Shown here: positions 38,402 through 47,259 of the stretch, in pieces
Position numbering within the stretch: position 1 is the stretch's first letter
How the letters are laid out: every line of letters starts with the position of its first letter
Virus record (IMG/VR): IMGVR_UViG_3300002835_000001
Coordinates: 96,001-160,000 of that record
Reading direction: 5' to 3' (one strand)
Origin: a virus
Taxonomy: Duplodnaviria; Caudoviricetes
DNA length: 64,000 nt
Made by a program: the position numbers and the translations under genes
The notes under the pieces: generated by a model
What the model was told of the DNA's origin: nothing
Seen by the model: only the letters and a program-made list of their open reading frames with translations
Database searches by the model: none

Positions 38402-39211
38402 TTACAAATAATTTAAGAGACTAAAGCTCTCGTTTCTTAATTTTTTAATTGCCTTATCACGTAGTTGTCTAATACGTTCTTTAGTACAACCAAACTCCTC
38501 ACCTAAATCTTCTAAGTTAGACTCAATTCCTGTTAATCCATAATATCTTTCAATAATTACTTTCTCTCTGTCATCTAACACACTTAACATCGCAGCAACC
38601 TTTTTCTTAATTTCTTCCGGTGTATTCATTAACTCTTCTGGATTCAACGCGTCTTTGTTTGGGATTACGTCAATTAGTTGGTCTCCCTCATCATTAATTT
38701 GTTTATAAAGACCAACACAATATGGTAGGTTAGAAATGGGTTCATCTCCCGTAGAAATAAAAAACTTATCTTCATTTCTAGATCCTTCCTCTTTTCTTGC
38801 CTTTTGAGCTTCTTGGATTAAATTAGATGGAATACGAATTGTTCTTGAATTCTCGTTAAGAGATGCCATGATAGATTGTCTAATCCACCACACAGCATAT
38901 GATATAAATCTCAACCCACTTGTTGGGTCAAATCGTTCAGCTGCTTTAATTAAACCAATATTACCTTCCGAAATTAAATCAAGTAAATCCATACCTTGAT
39001 TTTGAAACATCTTCGCAGATGAAATAACAAACCTTAAATTACTTACAACAAGTTCGTCATATAATTTTGTTTTCTCCTCTTTGGTAATTTTTTTATTCTT
39101 TAATAACTCAAAGATTTCATCTTGTCTTTCGTGTGTCATAACAGGAATCTTACGGATGTCCTTGATGTAACTTTGAATTTCGTCGGGATTTAGAATGATA
39201 GACTTTTTCAT
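38402..39211 (-). CDS. RNA polymerase sigma-70 factor, RpoD/SigA-like (Bacteroidetes type, no region 1.1)
   Basis: NLRFVIS.AK...DLISEGNIGLIKAAERFD...FISYAVWWIRQSI; region 4 LEDLGEEFGCTKERIRQL; start revised to ATG 39211. Confidence 0.92.
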   Translation of the reverse strand: MKKSIILNPDEIQSYIKDIRKIPVMTHERQDEIFELLKNKKITKEEKTKLYDELVVSNLRFVISSAKMFQNQGMDLLDLISEGNIGLIKAAERFDPTSGLRFISYAVWWIRQSIMASLNENSRTIRIPSNLIQEAQKARKEEGSRNEDKFFISTGDEPISNLPYCVGLYKQINDEGDQLIDVIPNKDALNPEELMNTPEEIKKKVAAMLSVLDDREKVIIERYYGLTGIESNLEDLGEEFGCTKERIRQLRDKAIKKLRNESFSLLNYL

Positions 39212-39260
39212 ACTTGTTGGTTTAAATGGTGATTTGTATGTTAAAGATAAGTAAAATATT

Positions 39261-39713
39261 CTATTTCTCAAAATTATCTAAGAAATTTTTTTCTTCGGGG
39301 GTTAAACTATCAATACCCATCTGTTCTATTTTTTCAAGTAAGTCATCCAAATCCATTGATGGTGACTCAATTCTATTACGATCGTAGTTAATTGTCATGA
39401 TTCCACCCTCTTTGTCCATGGGTTTAAAAATAAATTCTTTCACTTCTTTTGGTAGATGTGCGGTAACTAAACTATCTCTATCGAATATAAAATAAAACTT
39501 GACTTGGTCTACGGATAAAATTGAAAATAACTCAGTTGATATAGTTTTATAATCACTATCTGAGTCAAATATAACAATAATATTTTGTGAATTTTCTATA
39601 ACGTATCTAACACTATCGATTATTGGATTATCACCCAAAACGTCTGAACAAAAATATTCAACATCTTCATGATCGTCGAACATACCAAAAACAAAAAGAA
39701 TATATGTTTTCAT
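39261..39713 (-). CDS. Hypothetical protein with a DUF6576-like C-terminal helix pair
   Basis: LDDLLEKIEQMGIDSLTPEEKNFL. Confidence 0.55.
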   Translation of the reverse strand: MKTYILFVFGMFDDHEDVEYFCSDVLGDNPIIDSVRYVIENSQNIIVIFDSDSDYKTISTELFSILSVDQVKFYFIFDRDSLVTAHLPKEVKEFIFKPMDKEGGIMTINYDRNRIESPSMDLDDLLEKIEQMGIDSLTPEEKNFLDNFEK

Positions 39714-39735
39714 ATTGAATAAACTAATATATTGA

Positions 39736-40377
39736 TTATTTTTTTAATTTAAGTTTCCAATAAACCCCTCCATCAACATATGGTGTAAATGTACCACTTG
39801 TTCCATCTAACACTCTATTTGCAACACCCACTCCAACATGAAATATCTTGTCATCTTTTGTTTTAAACAAAATACCTGTACCAATGTGTGATACCACATT
39901 CTCTTTATTAAATCCACCATCTAACCCAAAAAATAGTTGATTCTTCTTAGGTTCTTTAGTGTATATAGTATCTTTCACAATCATACGTTTTACATCGGCA
40001 ATAAATTGTCTATTAACAATACTATTTTTAGATATAGTATCTATAAGTGTAACTGTTCCTTGATTGTTTGGTAATGTTAAAACTTCTTTGTGTTGTACCT
40101 TTGCAAAATGTATTTTTAATATTTCCATGGTGTCTATCTTTTGATAAACAGGAACCTCAACTATTTTTTCAACCTCAACTTCGATAGGTACTTCAACTTC
40201 TACTTCTACTTCAACTAACGAATCAACCGAAATGGTATCATGAACAGCGTAAGGTATTGAATCTACCTTTACTGTTGTTCTGTTAGGCATTATACCCTTT
40301 GGGTTAATAAATTCAATAATCACTATCAATATTAGTAATAGAATTATTGCGTTTGGTATGTTGAATATTTTTTTCAT
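39736..40377 (-). CDS. N-terminally membrane-anchored protein with VE repeats
   Basis: One TM helix, VEVEVEVPIEVEVEKIVEVPV, C-terminal beta-strands. Confidence 0.65.
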   Translation of the reverse strand: MKKIFNIPNAIILLLILIVIIEFINPKGIMPNRTTVKVDSIPYAVHDTISVDSLVEVEVEVEVPIEVEVEKIVEVPVYQKIDTMEILKIHFAKVQHKEVLTLPNNQGTVTLIDTISKNSIVNRQFIADVKRMIVKDTIYTKEPKKNQLFFGLDGGFNKENVVSHIGTGILFKTKDDKIFHVGVGVANRVLDGTSGTFTPYVDGGVYWKLKLKK

Positions 40378-40803
40378 TTATCTTAATAAAAGTATGGATG
40401 TTGCAATAATCCCAACAAAAGAACCAACTTTATAAAAGAACGTTTTAGTTCTTTGTCCTTTCAATTCTTTTAATAGACTTTCCGATTTTTGTCTTTCTAA
40501 ACCAAATTGTTCATCTTTTTTGTTGATTATCAATTCGAGATTAGAAATCTTTTGGTCTTTAAGTGTGTCTTTTTGTTTAAATAAATTAATTTGTTGGTCT
40601 TTTAAACCAATAACGTTTTTTAATTCAACAATCTCTAATTTTAATCCATCATAACGAAATAAATCTTGAGTGATTAATATTGCTGTTTTTTTTGATATGA
40701 TAACTTTATCAGGATCTGATACTGTAATTTTAGTTGTATCTGTTTGTGAGTAACTGCTCAAGCTCAACATTACCAATAGTGGTAATAGAATTAACTTTTT
40801 CAT
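40378..40803 (-). CDS. Signal-peptide + coiled-coil + C-terminal TM protein (spanin-like candidate)
   Basis: MKKLILLPLLVMLSLSSYS|Q signal peptide; C-terminal hydrophobic helix; 74-nt overlap with the upstream gene. Confidence 0.55.
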   Translation of the reverse strand: MKKLILLPLLVMLSLSSYSQTDTTKITVSDPDKVIISKKTAILITQDLFRYDGLKLEIVELKNVIGLKDQQINLFKQKDTLKDQKISNLELIINKKDEQFGLERQKSESLLKELKGQRTKTFFYKVGSFVGIIATSILLLR

Positions 40804-41065
40804 CTGTGTTGTTTTTAATAATAGTTATGTTTTTTGTTACATTGTCGATTTGTTTATCAACATTAACAATGTGATTATCGACCTTTTCGATTTGATTGTC
40901 TATTTCTTTATTTGCGGTATAAACAGAATCTATCTCTTTTTGTAAGGATTCAATTTTAGCATTATATCCAGCAACGTCAGTTTTTATACCTTGATTTTGA
41001 AATATGGTATAAGCGGCTAAACAAGCAATCAAAACTAATAGGACGTTTGTTTTATCAATCTTCAT
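40730..41065 (-). CDS. Membrane-anchored coiled-coil protein (spanin-like candidate)
   Basis: N-terminal hydrophobic segment (LIAC, a possible lipobox) followed by heptads. Confidence 0.55.
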   Translation of the reverse strand: MKIDKTNVLLVLIACLAAYTIFQNQGIKTDVAGYNAKIESLQKEIDSVYTANKEIDNQIEKVDNHIVNVDKQIDNVTKNITIIKNNTDEKVNSITTIGNVELEQLLTNRYN

Positions 41066-41079
41066 ATTATATGTTTTAT

Positions 41080-41087
41080 TATAAATA
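41080..41087 (-). promoter_or_regulatory. TATTTATA motif immediately downstream of a terminator
   Basis: 14 nt upstream of ATG 41065. Confidence 0.6.
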
Positions 41088-41092
41088 TGAAG

Positions 41093-41115
41093 AAAGGGGA
41101 CTTTCGTCCCCTTTT
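41093..41115 (-). terminator. Intrinsic terminator after clpP
   Basis: AAAGGGGAC-GAAA-GTCCCCTTT hairpin. Confidence 0.8.
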
Positions 41116-41119
41116 AATG

Positions 41120-41794
41120 TTATTTCTTCTTCTTCACGATTTCATCGATAATTCCGTAGGATAGTGCTTCGTCCGCCCCTAACCATAAGTCTCGGGACGC
41201 GTCAGATTTAACCTGTTCTGCGGACTTCCCACAATAACCACCCAATAACTCAAATAAGGTGTCGTTAACCTTTTCCCACTCTTGAAATGTGATACGAGCG
41301 TCTTGAATATTTCCACCCGCCCCTCCTGAGGATTGGTGTAACATGGTACGTGAGAACCTCAAGGAACCACGTTTACCTTTAGTACCAGCTCCAAGTAGGA
41401 CTGAACCCATTGAAGCCGCCATGCCCGTATTAATGGTACGAATATCTGAATTGATGTAATCCATAACGTCTACCATAGATAACCCCGACTTAACACTTCC
41501 ACCAGGACTGTCGATGTGCATAGTAATATCCAAGTTATCCAAACTATCCAAAAACATCAATTGTGCCTGTACAATTGTTGACATGTGGTCGTTTACTTCG
41601 CCAGCAACCCAAATAATACGTTCCATCATTAAACGTGAAAATACGTCCATAATTGTCACATTCATTTGTCTTTCTTCCAAAATATATGGAGTTAAGCTGT
41701 TTTCAACTTGTTGATTGTAACGATGTAAGTCTAATGAACTCACTCCATGGTCTTTAGCATATAGACCGAAACCTTGATAATCTTTTGGTGTCAT
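41120..41794 (-). CDS. clpP: ATP-dependent Clp protease proteolytic subunit
   Basis: DVFSRLMMERII...IDSPGGSV...GMAASMGSVLL...MLHQSSGG...RDLWL.ADEALSYGIIDEI. Confidence 0.95.
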   Translation of the reverse strand: MTPKDYQGFGLYAKDHGVSSLDLHRYNQQVENSLTPYILEERQMNVTIMDVFSRLMMERIIWVAGEVNDHMSTIVQAQLMFLDSLDNLDITMHIDSPGGSVKSGLSMVDVMDYINSDIRTINTGMAASMGSVLLGAGTKGKRGSLRFSRTMLHQSSGGAGGNIQDARITFQEWEKVNDTLFELLGGYCGKSAEQVKSDASRDLWLGADEALSYGIIDEIVKKKK

Positions 41795-41817
41795 ATATTA
41801 TATATTTTGTTATAGTA

Positions 41818-41825
41818 CAAATATA
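41818..41825 (-). promoter_or_regulatory. TATATTTG (-7-type element) upstream of clpP
   Basis: TTTTACATATATTTGT, identical to the 16-mer upstream of primase. Confidence 0.55.
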
Positions 41826-41863
41826 TGTAAAAATCTCTGAAATAAAAAACAAATAATCAAAGA

Positions 41864-41871
41864 TATTTATT
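41864..41871 (+). promoter_or_regulatory. TATTTATT motif on the plus strand
   Basis: 3 nt upstream of plus-strand ATG 41875; the motif flips with gene orientation. Confidence 0.55.
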
Positions 41872-41874
41872 AAC

Positions 41875-42678
41875 ATGATTAAAATGACAGATATTATTAA
41901 AGAAGGTAATTTGGAAATACCTAGTACAAATTTACTAAGATGGTTTTTACAACGTAAAAATTCTACGTTTGTTATGTTCGATACCGAAACCACGGGGTTA
42001 AGTAAAGGTAGAACTGATCAAATAACTCAATTAGCAGCAATTGCTGCCAAATTCGATTTAAGACAATTAAAATTTGTTGAGGTTGATAGATTTCACGAAA
42101 AAATTAAACTTAATGATTATATTAAAGATATTGTTGATAAGTCTGAGGATGTTCCTGATGACAAGGATAGTCCAGAGTTTACATCACAACTACATGGTAA
42201 TAACGTCAAGGCGGTTTTGAAATTTAACCATTATGACCTTGCCAACTCTGATGAGTTTGAGGATGAAAGAGAATCCTTAGAGAGATTCGATTCATTTTTA
42301 GACAAACATAGTAACGTAGTTTTAATGGCACATAACGCACCATTTGACTTGAGTATGATTCAGGTTCACGAAATTTTTAAAACTAAAGACAGAGAAGTAT
42401 TTGACACCATCAGTTTCTTCAATAAAGTATTCTTTCCAGCATTAGAATCACTATCAACTGAAAATGAACATTTTAAATCGATAAATGATAAGTTTGCGTC
42501 GAGTGCAAGAACGGGAAAAAAATCAAGTGCGATGGGTAGTCTTATTAGTGGATTTTTTCCAGACCCAATGGAAAAAGCTGTATTATTAGGAAAATCTCAT
42601 GACGCACTTGTTGATTGTGAGAACACATTAAATGTAATTGAACGTGGCCTGAAAATTGTTTCAAGCCACATTCGTTAA
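41875..42678 (+). CDS. DEDDh 3'-5' exonuclease (DnaQ/epsilon-like)
   Basis: ExoI FDTETTG, ExoII AHNAPFD, ExoIII SHDALVD. Confidence 0.9.
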   Translation: MIKMTDIIKEGNLEIPSTNLLRWFLQRKNSTFVMFDTETTGLSKGRTDQITQLAAIAAKFDLRQLKFVEVDRFHEKIKLNDYIKDIVDKSEDVPDDKDSPEFTSQLHGNNVKAVLKFNHYDLANSDEFEDERESLERFDSFLDKHSNVVLMAHNAPFDLSMIQVHEIFKTKDREVFDTISFFNKVFFPALESLSTENEHFKSINDKFASSARTGKKSSAMGSLISGFFPDPMEKAVLLGKSHDALVDCENTLNVIERGLKIVSSHIR

Positions 42679-45008
42679 GATATTTTAGTTGTAATAAAAT
42701 CTATTGAGGACACATTCTCCTCTTTTTTAATCATAATAATATTATCCGACCAGTTACGGATTAAAGAATTATGTGATATTACTAATATATGGTCAAAATA
42801 GCTTTTAATTTTCTTAAAAAATTCACCCACCATTTCAAGGTTTTCATCTGCAATTTTACCAAAGACTTCATCCATTACAACGATGTTAGGCTTTGGTAGT
42901 GATGATATTTTAGTTAAGACACTACGTAACGCTAATGAGGATATCGTTCTTTCGTAACCAGAACCCGAATTAAGGGGTTTAGCAACACGAGTCTCAGTAT
43001 CTATCATAATAAATTCAACCTCATTCTTATCGGTTACATTCAATTCTAATATGAAATGACAACTATCAACAAGTAACCTATATAATTCTTGGTTAATCAA
43101 CGGAATCATATTTTTCATGATTACTTTAGATATACCATTTTTACCATAGATTGTTAAGTAAATTTTAAATACCGCAAGTAATTCCTGTTCTGATTTAATC
43201 TTACCAATCAAATCATTATTAATACCAATTTTATCATTCATGTTACTAATATTGTTTTTGTGTTTTTCAATATTTGTACCAGTAACACGAATATCGGCAT
43301 TTGCTGTTTCAATTTGAGTCCTTAAAGCGGTAACTAATGAATCAATTCTTTGGTTATCCTCTAACTTCTTTTTATTATCGTCATATCTATCCAAACGTAA
43401 TTGTTTGGCGTCAATCTCAAGTTGTTTTTGTTCGACCTCCAATTCATATCTCTCTTTACGAAGTTTGTTTCTTTCGTAAGTGTCAAATTCGGTTCTCAGC
43501 GTATCAAATCGTTCCGATTGTTCTTTTAATAAATCAAATTGAATCTGATTTAGTTCCATCTCTTTAATGATGTCCTCGATTTCTTTTTTAATCTTTTCAA
43601 TTTCTTCAGTATGGTCAACCTCATCTAAAGCTCTATTGCAAGTTGGGCAGACAGTGCCTTCTTCAAATTGTTTAATCAATTTTTCCCTATCTCCCTTTTC
43701 ATATTTGTATGCAACATCGATTCCTTGAAGATTTGCCATCTCGCCTCTTAATTCCTTGTGTTCGTCTTCGTGGTAATATTTTGAAGGTTCAACTACATTG
43801 ACGTTATCGGCATTAGTTTGACTCGCTGTTTTTAATTTATTTAAATCAACAATTTCTTTTTCAAGTAAAGTTGGGTTGGTATTAATTAATTCTCTGTCAA
43901 CATCATTGTTTCTTGAAGATAATGCACCATCTCTTTCACCTTCTAAACGTTTAAGTGTTTTGCTATATTCGGCTAATTGATTATCTAAAGTAATTAGTTG
44001 TTCTTCGGAATTAGTTATACTATCGTTATACGTTCCATTATCAATCTCTAATTGGGTAATGTTATACGTGTTAGAAATTAATTTTTTACTCCAATCGTTA
44101 TAAATCTCCTTAGCAAATTCTTCTTTAAGTTTAAGACTCTCCAATCCCATAAATTTTGTTAGGATTTGTCCACGAGCCGTTGGTTTAGATTCAATTAACT
44201 CTTCGAGATTATAACCAGTTGTTAGAATTGTAGAAAGAAAATCCTCCTCCGTACCGATTGCTGAAGAAATGAACGCCTCTGTTTCTCTACGTTGTTCACC
44301 AGATAAATTTTCAATCGTTCCGTCTTCTTTTTTCTTATAGAATTCTAATTCGTTTTTAATCGTATATTCTCCCGACTTACTCATTTTACGAGAAGTCTTT
44401 CTCTCAATTACATAATCATCTCCATCGATACTAATCTCACCACGAACACTAACATCATTCTTATCTGTAAATCTATTAAAGATTTCAGCATTAGTTTTTG
44501 TCTTTGTTGTTGCATTAAAAAATAAAAACATTAAAAGGTCAACTGATGATGTTGACTTACCTCCAAAGTTTTTAGGTGTAGATTCAATTACTGTAATACC
44601 TTCGAGATCGACAAAGTTAATAATATTGTTATCACCGAAAGATAAAAAATTAGAAAACTCAATTCTTTTAATAAACCATTTGTTGTATCTGACTTTGTTT
44701 TCATTTAACTTATCTATTTGTGAATTTACTCTATTATCTAATCTGTCAACCAATTCCCATTTAATATCAATACTATTATCCTTAATAAAATCCTTCATTA
44801 AGTTTTTTTGGTGCTGGTGGTCAAGTATATTGTCACTAACCTCTAAAGATTCTAAACGTGTTCTATTAACGTTTAATAAATTCTTTGTAATTACTGAAAT
44901 ATTTTTTGATTTATACTTCTCCTGAAAATAAGATTTCACCCTTCTGATTTTCTCAGGGGTGAAATTCTCCGGTACGTCTTCCCACGTTACTTTTATGAAT
45001 GGATTCAT
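42675..45008 (-). CDS. sbcC: SbcC/Rad50/gp46-like ATPase with an N-terminal extension
   Basis: IEFSNFLSFG, Walker A NFGGKST, zinc hook CPTC, signature SGSGYE, Walker B VVMDE. Confidence 0.9.
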   Translation of the reverse strand: MNPFIKVTWEDVPENFTPEKIRRVKSYFQEKYKSKNISVITKNLLNVNRTRLESLEVSDNILDHQHQKNLMKDFIKDNSIDIKWELVDRLDNRVNSQIDKLNENKVRYNKWFIKRIEFSNFLSFGDNNIINFVDLEGITVIESTPKNFGGKSTSSVDLLMFLFFNATTKTKTNAEIFNRFTDKNDVSVRGEISIDGDDYVIERKTSRKMSKSGEYTIKNELEFYKKKEDGTIENLSGEQRRETEAFISSAIGTEEDFLSTILTTGYNLEELIESKPTARGQILTKFMGLESLKLKEEFAKEIYNDWSKKLISNTYNITQLEIDNGTYNDSITNSEEQLITLDNQLAEYSKTLKRLEGERDGALSSRNNDVDRELINTNPTLLEKEIVDLNKLKTASQTNADNVNVVEPSKYYHEDEHKELRGEMANLQGIDVAYKYEKGDREKLIKQFEEGTVCPTCNRALDEVDHTEEIEKIKKEIEDIIKEMELNQIQFDLLKEQSERFDTLRTEFDTYERNKLRKERYELEVEQKQLEIDAKQLRLDRYDDNKKKLEDNQRIDSLVTALRTQIETANADIRVTGTNIEKHKNNISNMNDKIGINNDLIGKIKSEQELLAVFKIYLTIYGKNGISKVIMKNMIPLINQELYRLLVDSCHFILELNVTDKNEVEFIMIDTETRVAKPLNSGSGYERTISSLALRSVLTKISSLPKPNIVVMDEVFGKIADENLEMVGEFFKKIKSYFDHILVISHNSLIRNWSDNIIMIKKEENVSSIDFITTKIS

Positions 45009-45637
45009 TATTTACTAAAAATTTTATTTGCAACTTCTGCAACTCTTTGTCTTTTTTCTTCCTCAGTTAAACCACAATATGGTCCATTTAAAACCCATTT
45101 ACCATCTCGTTGTTTATTATAAGTAAAACAAAACTCTTGTGGTATACATATCCAATCCTCAGCTTTATATGAGTTATTAACTTTACGATCAAATGCAAAT
45201 TTAATTTTAGTAAAATCTCTAATCGTATCGCTATATACAACAATTAATTGGTCCATTTCTGCGTTGAACCTATAATAAATATTTTTTTCAAATCCCACAT
45301 GTGAAATAATATGATATTGAAATGTGTTCTTTTCAGACAATTCACCTAATCCAAAATAAAACCATTTTCTATTTGGCATATTGAGTGTGTTGATGCCCAA
45401 TCCAAATCTATCCCTTTGGTTGCTCACCCATCTATCTCCGCTCCATAATGCATTTTCTCCTTCCGCACCATAAGTACCATCTTCAAATAAATTATCAATA
45501 CCCTTTTCGGTTCCATGTATAAATTTTTTACCTAAAACTTCTTCCGCGAATTTAATCCACGTATCCCTCATTTTTTTGTCATTATAGTTATCTTTTTTTA
45601 CTCCGTCTTCAATTCTTTCGTATATGAAATTTCCCAT
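45008..45637 (-). CDS. Hypothetical protein (possible restriction-like endonuclease fold)
   Basis: 209 aa; GIDNLFEDGTYGAEGE loosely resembles PD-(D/E)xK; weak. Confidence 0.5.
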   Translation of the reverse strand: MGNFIYERIEDGVKKDNYNDKKMRDTWIKFAEEVLGKKFIHGTEKGIDNLFEDGTYGAEGENALWSGDRWVSNQRDRFGLGINTLNMPNRKWFYFGLGELSEKNTFQYHIISHVGFEKNIYYRFNAEMDQLIVVYSDTIRDFTKIKFAFDRKVNNSYKAEDWICIPQEFCFTYNKQRDGKWVLNGPYCGLTEEEKRQRVAEVANKIFSK

Positions 45638-45648
45638 ATTATTTTTTA

Positions 45649-45960
45649 TTATTTAATTCTATTTTCTTCAAAAAACTCGATTATGGCATTAATTGCCCAA
45701 ACTGATCCTGCAGTAAACATTCCATCAAAAAATACATAGAATAACCACGGACTTTCAAAATAATGATTTGTTAATCCACCCAAAACAAGAGACATAAAAA
45801 ATCCAACCCAAGTAGAGGTACAAAGTGTACAACTAATTAAGTCACCGAAAAATTTAGAATGTTTCTTTATCCAATCTCTTTGATTGTCAAAAATTTTACC
45901 CCATACGAGAATCGATGTCATCCCGTATGCCGCTAATACCCAAAAAACTAATAGTGTCAT
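45649..45960 (-). CDS. Membrane protein, DUF1360-like
   Basis: Three hydrophobic segments with LISCTLCTSTW. Confidence 0.6.
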   Translation of the reverse strand: MTLLVFWVLAAYGMTSILVWGKIFDNQRDWIKKHSKFFGDLISCTLCTSTWVGFFMSLVLGGLTNHYFESPWLFYVFFDGMFTAGSVWAINAIIEFFEENRIK

Positions 45961-46010
45961 AATATTTTATTTATTTAAAAAATATAACAAAATAAATTCA
46001 TAAAACAAAA

Positions 46011-46466
46011 TTATTCGTCATATAATGATTTATTCTCGGTATTTTTAATTTGTCTATTTTTATTTAAACTTTCTAATGATGTTGTTATTTTATTGAGTTC
46101 TTCTTTTAGTCTATTGTTTTCAATTGTTAATCTATCGACTTCTTGTGTATCAATTATTTCTTTAACTACTTCATTAACAATAGTCTCACCTTGGAGTGTG
46201 ACTTCTTTAATAATTTCTACAGGAACCTCAACTCTCACTTCCTTAATGACTTCGTATGGTACCCTAATTTCTCGATCAACAATTACTTCTTTCTCAACGA
46301 TCACTTCTTTAATAATTGAACCTCCCATTGGTGTTTCACCATACTTCAATAAAGAAAACCCTCTATTGAAGGTTTCCTGTGCAGTTTTATTAATGTCTTT
46401 TATATTGTTTAATTCACAATATTGAATAAACTCATTATCCAAGATTAACGTGCTCTTCGGTTTCAT
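46011..46466 (-). CDS. Hypothetical protein with V/I-K/E-E-V repeats and a coiled coil
   Basis: IIKEVIVEKEVIVDREIRVPYEVIKEV. Confidence 0.65.
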   Translation of the reverse strand: MKPKSTLILDNEFIQYCELNNIKDINKTAQETFNRGFSLLKYGETPMGGSIIKEVIVEKEVIVDREIRVPYEVIKEVRVEVPVEIIKEVTLQGETIVNEVVKEIIDTQEVDRLTIENNRLKEELNKITTSLESLNKNRQIKNTENKSLYDE

Positions 46467-47259
46467 TTTCAATGTCTTTGATATCGTTTATTCTAAAGTG
46501 TAGGAATGGTTGTTCATTTGGTAAATCGTGAAATGTATATTCATCTGTTTGTACATCATATATTCCATACCCATGATGTTTAACCGTTTCACCAAAGTTC
46601 TGTTGTATAAGACTACCAACCATAATCGCTTTCCCTCCGTTTGGTAATGTGAATTGTTGTCTTTTGTGAATGTCTCCACATAGTAGTAAATCTAAATCAT
46701 TAAAATTTAGTCTATCGTACGCATCTTCAAATTCAAATCCTAAATCAGTTGACAATCCCATGATAGGTCCATGGAACAGTCCAACCGTTAATAAACCTTC
46801 TTGTTTTGTAAATTCAGGTCTTACGTTGTGTTGATATAATGAATAAACAACCCATTGAACGCTACCATCGGTATCAACATAATCACCACTATCTTTTAGG
46901 TATGTGATGTGTTGATTGTCTAATAATTGAACGACTGGTGTTATACTATCCATACGTTGCGTATTATTCTCCAAGAAATCGTGATTACCCGGTATGATTA
47001 CAACCTTACCAAAACGAGTTAACTCTTTTAAAAACCAACTCGTTAATAATAATTGTTCATTTGAGATATTAATTTTTTGATGTGCAATATCACCCGCAAT
47101 AACAATTCTAATTTCGTTATGCGATATATTTTCATCCGCCCATTCTAAGAATTTTACACTTAATTCATTTAATAATGTTTCGAATTGTTCTCTATACAAA
47201 TCGTGCATTTGAATTGTACGAATATGTAAGTCGGCAATATGTATAATTTTTTTTACCAT
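46435..47259 (-). CDS. sbcD: SbcD/Mre11/gp47-like metallophosphoesterase nuclease (short form)
   Basis: IADLH, IAGDIAH, IPGNHD, LFHG, CGDIHKRQ...GSLIQQNFGE. Confidence 0.9.
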   Translation of the reverse strand: MVKKIIHIADLHIRTIQMHDLYREQFETLLNELSVKFLEWADENISHNEIRIVIAGDIAHQKINISNEQLLLTSWFLKELTRFGKVVIIPGNHDFLENNTQRMDSITPVVQLLDNQHITYLKDSGDYVDTDGSVQWVVYSLYQHNVRPEFTKQEGLLTVGLFHGPIMGLSTDLGFEFEDAYDRLNFNDLDLLLCGDIHKRQQFTLPNGGKAIMVGSLIQQNFGETVKHHGYGIYDVQTDEYTFHDLPNEQPFLHFRINDIKDIENETEEHVNLG

